Origin: an uncultured Gammaproteobacteria bacterium
Lineage (GTDB): Bacteria > Patescibacteriota > Patescibacteriia > UBA11705 > JABHMO01
Length of the DNA: 64,000 bases
Direction of reading: 5' to 3'
NCBI GenBank assembly: GCA_964590105.1
Contig: CAZPYM010000001.1
Location: 160,395-224,394, forward strand
Positions within the stretch are counted from its first letter, which is position 1, and the number at the start of each line of letters is the position of its first letter. Shown piece by piece: positions 56,654-64,000 of the stretch. The translations under genes and the position numbers were made by a program. Below the pieces are notes generated by a model, which did no database searches, was not told the origin of the DNA, and was given only the letters and a program-made list of their open reading frames with translations.

Positions 56654-57097
56654 TTATCCCGAGTTAAAGCGAGGGAAGCCCTGGTCCCGGAGCCAAACAG
56701 GACAGCCATCAGAATTGGCGGCTGTTTTTGTTTGTGTGTTTGCGAGATTTAGCACTAAATCAAAGGGTTTTTTGAGTTGAAAGGTAAGAACTTTACCTGT
56801 TACTGTTGGGTTTTGAAGTATATAATTTAAAAATGTTCTTTTTTTAGCAATTTCAGAACTTTTTTCAAAAATAGTCTTTGCTCTGCGAGCTACAGAAATG
56901 ACTGTGGCAACAGTAGTTTGATTATTATAATCGGCTTTTGTGTGTTCAGATAGTTCAATTTCAAGGGTTTGTATTTGGTCTTGGTATTTTTGATGTTTCC
57001 TGTCATATGTATCCTTAGTAATACACCCCTTGGTGTGTGTTTTGTTGTTGCTATTGACAGATAATCTATTATGATATATACTTAAACTGTTAAACAA
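56654..57097 (-). pseudogene. TTG-initiated ORF overlapping the att repeat. Possible remnant of a recombinase or other element gene. Very uncertain.
   Basis: There is no ATG start. It sits where an integrase would be expected next to attL. Confidence 0.15.
56677..56695 (+). repeat. Direct repeat of the tRNA-Asn 3' end (19/19 nt: agccctggtcccggagcca). att-like.
   Basis: An exact copy lies 110 bp downstream of the tRNA. Confidence 0.7.
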
Positions 57098-57122
57098 GTA
57101 TTTAATTATTTAATCAATAACG

Positions 57123-57458
57123 ATGCTTAGCAAAAAAGAAATTCAAAAAAACCGCAAAATGTTGACCACAGCCGACAAAAGCATGGCGGCGACATTTAAG
57201 GTATTGGGTGATGTTAATCGCTACCGAATTTTTCGCGTCCTTGTGGAGCAGCCAAAGCTTTCTGTAAGTGCCATCGCCGAGATCCTGGACATCTCTCTGC
57301 CTCTGACATCACAACATATCAAAGTTTTAGTGAATAGCAACCTGCTCCAAAAAGTGCGGGATGGAAAAAGAATTTTTCCAAAAATTAAACAAGATAATCC
57401 GTTCGTTCCTGCCATACTTAAAACAATTAAATTGGCTTACAAGTCACGGATTAAATAA
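57123..57458 (+). CDS. ArsR/SmtB family transcriptional regulator.
   Basis: ATFKVLGDVNRYRIFRVL...LSVSAIAEILDISLPLTSQHIKVLVNSNLL is an ArsR-type HTH. Confidence 0.75.
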   Translation: MLSKKEIQKNRKMLTTADKSMAATFKVLGDVNRYRIFRVLVEQPKLSVSAIAEILDISLPLTSQHIKVLVNSNLLQKVRDGKRIFPKIKQDNPFVPAILKTIKLAYKSRIK

Positions 57459-57952
57459 ATAAAATATTATGAAAAAAATGCTCTGATTCTGCTCGCTGTC
57501 GTTTTTCGGTTTTAATGGTTGGTGCTGGCTGTACAAAAGTCGATATTAATGAAGATAATTTGGCTTATACTGAAAGAAATAATCAAATGGTTGTTAGCGC
57601 TATTATTAGAACGGGAGTAAAAATTGTTACAACAAAAGTTGCGACAAAGGTAAATACGACAACTAACCCAAAACATTACGGAAAAGAAAAACAATGTGTG
57701 GACAATTACCATCGCCATCATCTGTTGTGATTATTGACGGTGTGGATGTTGTTAAAATAATTACTGAATCAAATGCTTGATAAGAACAGTAACGGTAAAG
57801 GTCTCCAATATTTTAAATTATACAAAATTGATTTGAATCAAAACGCATTATTCCAATTTGGTGAGTTTGACAGCGCGTACACTAAAATTGGAGATTGGAA
57901 ATAATATAACTCACTTAATTATATAACTTACTTAATTAATTAAAAAATAATT

Positions 57953-58819
57953 ATGAAAAAAACTTTATTACTGCTGGCCATGGCTACCGCTATATTAATG
58001 GTGGGGGGCGGTTGTTCGAAGCAAGATACGAATGATCAAACAAGCGCTGGTGACAATACTGCCACCACTGTTGCTGATGGGACTGCAGACTGGAAAACAT
58101 TCCTTGGTTCTCAGTTCCAATTTTCATTTAAGTATCCGCGCGATTGGTTTATAACCAAAGGCTCTAGCATAGAATCTCAGCCAGAAGCAGTATTCATTTC
58201 CGAAGTAAAGCTTGAAGAGGGCGGGGAGGATCTTGGCAATTTAAGTATAGTTGTAAATAAATCTTCTCTTGAAAAAAATATACGAAAAAACTTGATAAGT
58301 CGTGAGGAAATTACTTTCGCTGATCGACCAGCAACAAAAATAAAATTTACTGGTGATTGGGGTCCAGCAATGATTTCTATACTTGTTCCCTATGACAAAT
58401 ATACTTTTGTCATCAGTTACGATCCAGAAGACAAAAACTATTCGAGCATAGAAAAAATACTAAACAGTTTTTCTTTTGAGACGACAGCGCAATCAGACTT
58501 GGAAACCTATTCGTCTGAAAAATATTCTTTCAAATATTCCAATGGATATAAGATTGACGATTCAAATGAATATGTACTCTATCTAACAAAAGAAAAAAAT
58601 AGAAAACTTGTAATTTTTCAGGCAAAAGAGGGCCACTATGGAGAAGGAGGTATTCAACTGGGAGCACCTCAAGAACAAATTGATCAAGAGGTCCCAAAAG
58701 AACAATTGACAGTTGGTAGCGGCGAAAATGAATATGACATATGGATATATTACAGCAAGGATGACGCTACTGCGGAAGGTGAATTGGATGCGATTTTTAA
58801 TTCAATAACAGTTAAATAA
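57953..58819 (+). CDS. Putative lipoprotein, unknown function.
   Basis: Signal peptide with lipobox-like ...MVGGGC. It shares the F.F..P..W motif with 59543..60397. Confidence 0.5.
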   Translation: MKKTLLLLAMATAILMVGGGCSKQDTNDQTSAGDNTATTVADGTADWKTFLGSQFQFSFKYPRDWFITKGSSIESQPEAVFISEVKLEEGGEDLGNLSIVVNKSSLEKNIRKNLISREEITFADRPATKIKFTGDWGPAMISILVPYDKYTFVISYDPEDKNYSSIEKILNSFSFETTAQSDLETYSSEKYSFKYSNGYKIDDSNEYVLYLTKEKNRKLVIFQAKEGHYGEGGIQLGAPQEQIDQEVPKEQLTVGSGENEYDIWIYYSKDDATAEGELDAIFNSITVK

Positions 58820-58841
58820 AATTATAATTAACTTTAACTAT

Positions 58842-58991
58842 ATGTTGTGGACAATCGCTGTAATTCTAATCGTTCTTTGGTTGCTCGGTTTCGTCGCCTT
58901 TCATGTCTTAGGGTCTTTTATCCATCTCCTGCTGGTGATCGCTATTATCGTCGTACTCATTAGAGTGATCAAAGGTCAAAAAGTATTATAA
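58842..58991 (+). CDS. lmo0937-family small membrane protein (49 aa). Not in the ORF track.
   Basis: My manual translation gives MLWTIAVILIVLWLLGFVAFHVLGSFIHLLLVIAIIVVLIRVIKGQKVL. A paralog lies at 61313. Confidence 0.5.
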   Translation: MLWTIAVILIVLWLLGFVAFHVLGSFIHLLLVIAIIVVLIRVIKGQKVL

Positions 58992-59033
58992 GTCAAAAAT
59001 GAAAGATAATATTTATTATTAACCATAAATCAT

Positions 59034-59378
59034 ATGGATTCAACTAATTCACCCAGCACCAAGCCCTTATATCGCGGAACTCAAATCGTCTGGTATCTTG
59101 TTGGCCTTGTTGAGATCTTACTGATGTTTCGTTTCCTATTAAAGCTGTTCGGCGCCAATGTTGCGGCTGGATTTACCAATTTCATTTACACAGTTTCCAT
59201 GCCATTCGCCGTACCATTCATCAGTGTGTTTGGTACAAGTCGAGTAGAGGGCGCTTTGTTTGAATGGACTACGCTTTTGGCGATGTTCGTTTACTTGCTT
59301 ATTGGTTGGGGTATTACCAAACTTTTCTTAATCGGTAAAACTGTTTCGACACCAGAGGCGGCCAGTAAGCTTAATTAA
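59034..59378 (+). CDS. YggT family membrane protein.
   Basis: LLKLFGAN...PF...GALFEWTTLLAMFVYLLIGWGI is YggT-like. Confidence 0.55.
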   Translation: MDSTNSPSTKPLYRGTQIVWYLVGLVEILLMFRFLLKLFGANVAAGFTNFIYTVSMPFAVPFISVFGTSRVEGALFEWTTLLAMFVYLLIGWGITKLFLIGKTVSTPEAASKLN

Positions 59379-59542
59379 TGAAAAACAAATCTTGTAGCGG
59401 CCAAATTCTTTGAAATTTATTCATTATAAATTTACCCAAATCACTATGGTAAGGTGTAAGGTGTACCCTTTGTCTAGACAGTAATATGGGGTGAAAGAGG
59501 CAAAAGAAGAAGAGGCAAAAAATAATTTCTAATTCTAAACTT

Positions 59543-60397
59543 ATGAAATCAAACACATTTAAAATCGTTCTCGCTGTAATAGTTACCGCAATCATCGTTA
59601 GTGGAGGAGTTTATTATTGGCACCAAAGTAAAAGCGTCGAGGTGTCTAGTGGCAAGTATGAGAATTCCAAATACGGTTTTACTTTAAATTTTCCGAAAAA
59701 TTGGGGAGAAATAAAAGAAGAGGTGGAAAATGCCAGCCTGGGCTCAAAAATTGATTATCATAACTTTTTGCTAACATCCATGGTGGATCCACAGCGCTAT
59801 ATCAAAATTCAAGTATTAAAGAATGAAGATGTAGACGCCCCTTTTGTGGTAGACAATCCACAGGTATTAATCACTAGTGATTCAACTCATAGTTACTATT
59901 ACTCAGGTGCCGGTGACAGTGCCGGCAAACCAGGGATGGAGGATCAAAAATATTTTGATATTCAAAAAGAAGTAAAGGAAGTCAGCGAAACTTTTGCCCT
60001 TACACTTAATATTGAAACCAATGAGGCTATCATATCTGGATCAAACGATGCTAGCCAAATCAGAACGAAAATCTTTACAAACACTTCTGGTGATTACTCT
60101 GTTAATTATCCAGCGGATTGGAGTCAAGGCGTAAATGGTGCACCAGACCCATTACTTATTGAAAAAGTATATTTCTTCAGAAGCCCAGCAGAACAAAGTA
60201 AAGGCTTTGATACCGTCAATATCACAAAATTTTCTAGCAAAGGGGCTAGCTATGAAGAACTGCTTGAACAAAATCCAGATTATATAATTAAGGAGAGTAA
60301 AGGGATGATATATGTTTTAACGTATTCAAATAAAAACTTCCCTGAAGAAACTCGTAAAATTTTTGAACTAATTTCAGATTCGTTTCAAATGAATTAA
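59543..60397 (+). CDS. Membrane-anchored or secreted hypothetical protein.
   Basis: N-terminal TM anchor, 284 aa. Confidence 0.45.
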   Translation: MKSNTFKIVLAVIVTAIIVSGGVYYWHQSKSVEVSSGKYENSKYGFTLNFPKNWGEIKEEVENASLGSKIDYHNFLLTSMVDPQRYIKIQVLKNEDVDAPFVVDNPQVLITSDSTHSYYYSGAGDSAGKPGMEDQKYFDIQKEVKEVSETFALTLNIETNEAIISGSNDASQIRTKIFTNTSGDYSVNYPADWSQGVNGAPDPLLIEKVYFFRSPAEQSKGFDTVNITKFSSKGASYEELLEQNPDYIIKESKGMIYVLTYSNKNFPEETRKIFELISDSFQMN

Positions 60398-60536
60398 CGT
60401 GAGTTATTCTTCGCCTATCAGCCCAAAGTAGTTAAATAAAAAATTTAATGAGCCCTTTATAGAGGCGCTGGAATTTTCCAGGCTCCTTCAAGGGCTCATT
60501 GAGCTCTTCCACAGATCAAGCAAAGAGGGGTAGAAA

Positions 60537-61139
60537 ATGAAGAACATGTTAGTGTTTGTAGCATTAATCATCTTGTGTGTCAGCTGTGGCGTTGAAAACG
60601 ACGCTGATTGGGATGCTGGTGACGTTGCTGGCGATGTTGAGGAATTGACCAATTGCGGAGAAGTATACGGATGTGGCAACAACGTACCGTTGTACTATTC
60701 AACCGAGGGGGTTGATGTTGAAGTCTCAATGGTGGATGCTCCGTTCGGTTTTACTGCCGAAAAGTTGATGGCAATGGCCGACGAGTGTGGAACTACGTAT
60801 GAACCAGGCTACTTCGAGGCGCTGGTGAAAACGTTCACCGACACCGACATCGGTGGCGTCAAACTACAGTTTGTCTTTAGGTATGAGGGAGAAAGCCAAG
60901 ACAGTGATTCATTTGTTGTCACCCTCTTACAGAACTATCCGGGGTACAAATCTATGGAGGAATTTCAAAAGGATTTCGCTCTTTGCTATGCGGGAGGAGA
61001 TGCTTATCCAATGATGTTTAACTCCCATTGGCTCCTCTTTGAAAACTCCTGCTCCACCGGATTCAATGATGGTTCCGGACTACCAATTGGATGCCAAGAA
61101 GTAAAGGACATCGTCTCCCCTTCGCTTAAGCTCAATTAA
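60537..61139 (+). CDS. Putative lipoprotein or secreted protein, hypothetical.
   Basis: Signal peptide ending CVSCG, 200 aa. Confidence 0.45.
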   Translation: MKNMLVFVALIILCVSCGVENDADWDAGDVAGDVEELTNCGEVYGCGNNVPLYYSTEGVDVEVSMVDAPFGFTAEKLMAMADECGTTYEPGYFEALVKTFTDTDIGGVKLQFVFRYEGESQDSDSFVVTLLQNYPGYKSMEEFQKDFALCYAGGDAYPMMFNSHWLLFENSCSTGFNDGSGLPIGCQEVKDIVSPSLKLN

Positions 61140-61312
61140 GTGAAGACACAGGTTTAATCATCCTGCGAAAATGATTCGCTCTACCAAAGAAGTTTCCAGT
61201 ATCAAGCAATTGGTATTAGAATTCTAAAAGCAGAGTGACGGCGATGGGGATTGGAATTCAATCCCCGCCATAAATTTCTAGTGAGTATGGCTTTATTCTT
61301 AACTTTAATTAT

Positions 61313-61462
61313 ATGTTGTGGACAATAGCTGTCATTTTAATTATTTTGTGGTTGCTTGGACTTGTTACTTCCTACACTCTTGGAGGCTTCATCCACATCT
61401 TGTTTGTAATCGCCGTTATTGTAGTACTAATCAGATTAATTAAAGATCAAAAATTAATATAA
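61313..61462 (+). CDS. lmo0937-family small membrane protein (49 aa), second copy.
   Basis: My manual translation gives MLWTIAVILIILWLLGLVTSYTLGGFIHILFVIAVIVVLIRLIKDQKLI. About 60 nt of its upstream region is also duplicated. Confidence 0.5.
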   Translation: MLWTIAVILIILWLLGLVTSYTLGGFIHILFVIAVIVVLIRLIKDQKLI

Positions 61463-61797
61463 ATTATATGGCACACGATAAAATTATTGATCATAAAGAT
61501 GAAAAAAACGTCTGTATCAAGAATATTATAAAAAGTGATTGAAAGACGCCAGAGAAAGTATCTAAAAAAAGAAGAAATAGAGGAATAAAAAGAGATTGAA
61601 AAAATTATAATCACATAAATTGATTATGAAAAAGAAAGTCATTGTTATTTTAGTAGTAATTGTTTCATGCCTTGGCTTTTAGCAAAGGGTGTTTTACAAT
61701 AGAAGATCAGGACTCGAATAGGGGAGCTGGAGTGGCGGAAGCTCTTACAAGAGTATATCTGTCTGCCGGCAGGCAGGCGAAGTGACGAGTGAGATGT

Positions 61798-61813
61798 CCT
61801 GGTCCCGGAGCCA
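61798..61813 (+). repeat. Third copy of the tRNA-Asn 3' end (16 nt: cctggtcccggagcca). Candidate attR.
   Basis: It matches 56570-56585 and 56680-56695 and is followed by hairpins. Confidence 0.65.
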
Positions 61814-61926
61814 TGAACCACTCGCTCATTTCATTCGTTCGGGTTCATGGCAGCCCAAGAGTAATAAGTGAGTGGTTCATGCAGTGAACTTGAGGAACGA
61901 ATAGTTCACTGCTATAATATAGTTGT

Positions 61927-62185
61927 ATGAATTTTTCTTATGTTTATAGCTTAAAAAATTTAAGAGATGGAAAGTTTTATGTTGGTCTAGCCGCGGATTT
62001 AAATAGAATGGTTTTAGAACATCAAAAAGGAAAAATATTTCAACATCAAAACGTTTGCCGCTGGGGTTAATTTATTATGAAGCGTTTTTGTCTAAGAAAG
62101 ATGCTCAAAGAAGAGAGCGGTATTTTAAAACAAAAAAGGAAAAACTACTTTGAGGCAGATGCTTCGTGAGTATTTAATAATATGA
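61927..62185 (+). pseudogene. GIY-YIG (UPF0213-like) nuclease gene interrupted by two frameshifts at A-runs.
   Basis: Frame 1 gives MNFSYVYSLKNLRDGKFYVGLAADLNRMVLEHQKGK. The next frame gives STSKRLPLGLIYYEAFLSKKDAQRRERYFKTKKEK. A third gives TTLRQMLREYL. Together these match GIY-YIG small proteins. Confidence 0.55.
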
Positions 62186-62322
62186 TAAGATTAATTACGA
62201 AATTGAATACTTGTACTTGCTCTCTCGCTATATATTTCTCGAGAGCAGGTTGTTGATTTTAAAAAAAATATCACTTTTGACTCTCGGGAAACCGAGATTT
62301 TTTTATTAACTAATTTATAAAT

Positions 62323-63210
62323 ATGATATATAAAAACATTCTACAAACAATTGGCAATACGCCGATTGTGAAAATCAATAAGTTGAATTCGAATAAGAAA
62401 GTAAATGTTTTCGCTAAGCTGGAAGGCCAAAATCCTGGTGGTTCAGTGAAAGACCGAGCCGCAATTTTTATGATTGAACAGGCTGAAAAGTCCGGTGAAT
62501 TAACTGCGGATAAAATAATTCTCGAAGCAACATCCGGTAATACGGGAATTGGCTTGGCTCTGGTTGCCGCCGTCAAAGGTTATAAAACAAAAATTGTAAT
62601 GTCAGCCGGCGCGAGCAGAGAAAGAAAGCAAATTCTAAAGTTACTTGGCGCGCAAATAACTGAAACGCCCGCAGGATTAAGAACAGACGGCGCAATTCAA
62701 ACGGCCAGGAAAATGTTTAATAAACATCCAGAGCTTTATTGGATGCCAAACCAGTTTGATAATCGAAATAATTCAAAGGCGCATTTTGAAGGAACAGCAA
62801 AGGAGATTATTCGCGAGGTGCCGAAGATTACAATTTTTGTGGCCGGAATCGGAACTTCGGGAACTTTAATGGGGATAAGCAGAAAACTGAAAAAATATAA
62901 TCGAAAAATTAAAATTGTCGGGGTTGAATCTGCCTATATAAAAGGAGTTCCCGGATTGAAAAATTTGCAAAAATCAATTATGCCGAAGATTTATAATCAA
63001 TCGCAAATTGATGAGAAAGTTGAAGTTGATTTGGAGCAGGCTTTCAAAGTTGTGAAGCAATTAGCGGTCAAAGAAGGGCTTTTGGTCGGCTTGAGTAGCG
63101 GAGCGGCAATGTACATGGCTTTAAAAATTGCCAAGCAAATTAATTCCGGAAATATTGTTGTTTTAATGCCGGATAGGATTGAAAAGTATTTGAGCTTGGG
63201 CTTGTTTTGA
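62323..63210 (+). CDS. PLP-dependent cysteine synthase / O-acetylserine sulfhydrylase family enzyme.
   Basis: GNTPIVKINKL...NPGGSVKDRAA (PLP lysine motif)...ATSGNTGIGLA...GIGTSGT are CysK/CysM-type motifs. Confidence 0.85.
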   Translation: MIYKNILQTIGNTPIVKINKLNSNKKVNVFAKLEGQNPGGSVKDRAAIFMIEQAEKSGELTADKIILEATSGNTGIGLALVAAVKGYKTKIVMSAGASRERKQILKLLGAQITETPAGLRTDGAIQTARKMFNKHPELYWMPNQFDNRNNSKAHFEGTAKEIIREVPKITIFVAGIGTSGTLMGISRKLKKYNRKIKIVGVESAYIKGVPGLKNLQKSIMPKIYNQSQIDEKVEVDLEQAFKVVKQLAVKEGLLVGLSSGAAMYMALKIAKQINSGNIVVLMPDRIEKYLSLGLF

Positions 63211-63330
63211 CGAAAATTATAATCGCGCACCTGTGGTTGGTGAATTATGGATTATTCGCTTGCCGAATTGTTTTATAAATAGTTTTTGAAATAAAAAGGG
63301 ATTTATTGATGTCAATAAATCCCTTTTGAA

Positions 63331-64000
63331 TTAGATTTCGAATAAGTTAAGACAAACCTTAACATATTCGAGAACCTCGTCAACGTTTGATGTAGCGCCA
63401 AACATTCTGAATTCAATTGTTTTAGTCGAGGGTTTGTACCTGACCAAATCCCAAACATTTTTTTCTCCGCCTTTGGCGTTGATGTAACTCATTATGTCCG
63501 CAAAGGAGGCAAATACCTGTGGCACGCCCGTTGTTTCAGCCATAGATCTGTAGGCGTTGATTCTCATGCGGTTCGAGTGGTCGCCAATAGCAATAAGCGC
63601 ATCGATGACATTCTCGCGGCAAAAATTAATCAGCTTTACTGCCTCATCTTCATCCGCAGAAATATGAACATGAACAGCCGCGACAATAGACGCGGCGATT
63701 TTTCTTTCCGGAGAAATAGCTTGCCAGATTTCTTGATGCCGAGAATCAAACGGGTTTACTTCTAGTGCTGTTATTCTGCTTGTTTCCATAAATTCAGAAT
63801 AATCAAACGTCAAGCCGAGCTGGCTGGCTACGTCTGACATTATCTGATCATTAGTAATTAACGCGCTTCTCAGTTCTTTCAGATTGCGGCAAGGCAAAGT
63901 TCTGTCCTCAATCTGACCGGCAAAGAGTTCGTGAGTAAATAAGCTTTCCGGCAAGCTGTTTTCCCCGGCGAGTTTGTGCACTGCTGGCAGTAAGATCCCA
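63331..64000 (-). CDS. Hypothetical protein, possibly a carboxylate-amine ligase (GCS2-like). May extend beyond the window end.
   Basis: ORF 63331..63981 in the track. Weak resemblance only (..IEFRMFGAT..). Low-confidence functional guess. Confidence 0.3.
   Translation of the reverse strand, partial: GILLPAVHKLAGENSLPESLFTHELFAGQIEDRTLPCRNLKELRSALITNDQIMSDVASQLGLTFDYSEFMETSRITALEVNPFDSRHQEIWQAISPERKIAASIVAAVHVHISADEDEAVKLINFCRENVIDALIAIGDHSNRMRINAYRSMAETTGVPQVFASFADIMSYINAKGGEKNVWDLVRYKPSTKTIEFRMFGATSNVDEVLEYVKVCLNLFEI

Noticed and set aside
1-64000. CRISPR arrays and rRNA genes.
   Set aside because: No regularly spaced direct repeats and no rRNA-like conserved stretches were seen anywhere in the window.

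Overview
This looks like a low-GC (roughly 35-38%) contig from a Patescibacteria/CPR-like bacterium. Supporting signs: many genes lack Shine-Dalgarno sequences, and several CPR-typical small families are present (DUF5320, DUF134, DUF5661, DUF362, GxxExxY, NYN, an RGG zinc-ribbon protein, lmo0937-like). All of this was read by eye from the sequence and the ORF track; nothing was searched or computed. Five blocks stand out.

(1) Positions 1-5100 carry a filamentous-phage (inovirus-like) module, all on the minus strand. It runs in canonical circular Ff-like order: pV-like small DNA-binding protein, three tiny hydrophobic proteins, a pVIII-like major coat protein with signal peptide, a pIII-like 557-aa adsorption protein, a pVI-like protein, and a Zot/pI-like P-loop assembly ATPase. 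A rolling-circle Rep of the pC194/Rep_trans family follows; it runs off the window start, and its three HUH motifs (FMTLTF, HYHLL, YVCKYLSKD) translate directly from the sequence. A LexA-family repressor lies next to this module.

(2) Positions 7184-12809 form a tightly packed four-gene operon: a small protein, an EcoRI-family-like N6-adenine methyltransferase (NPPF motif), a DUF262 (DGQQR) + HNH nuclease, and a 1052-aa membrane-anchored protein with no recognisable domain. This reads as a candidate restriction/defence module carried beside the prophage.

(3) Positions 48600-50520 are a roughly 1.9-kb island of about 60% GC. It holds six small genes (64-86 aa), each with a strong SD and its own hairpin, including two paralog pairs. 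Two near-identical 60-nt upstream blocks each carry a CAAACA-N4/6-TGTTTG inverted repeat, consistent with a shared operator. This is the most unusual, apparently undescribed element in the window.

(4) A tRNA-Asn(GTT) lies at 56511-56585. Its 3' end is duplicated 110 bp downstream and again 5.2 kb downstream, the usual attL/attR signature. The bracketed cargo is ArsR, a lipoprotein, YggT, two lmo0937-like minigenes and secreted proteins, with no intact integrase. Just upstream of the tRNA sits a strong sigma70-like promoter, a leaderless 19-codon micro-ORF with an Asn-codon run (N-C-N-N-N-N), and a terminator.

(5) Other notable items are a SAM-I riboswitch in front of metK; a 514-aa protein built from about six tandem ~75-aa repeats; a PP-loop-like protein overlapping a tandem double ATP-grasp ligase; a FecR protein with a CHASE2 adenylate cyclase; a LemA-HtpX pair; and a 29-nt direct repeat at the 3' ends of two genes, bracketing a 4-kb metal/redox module (DUF5320, SDR, DUF134, ZIP, thioredoxin, Trx-CcdA).

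No CRISPR array and no rRNA were seen.
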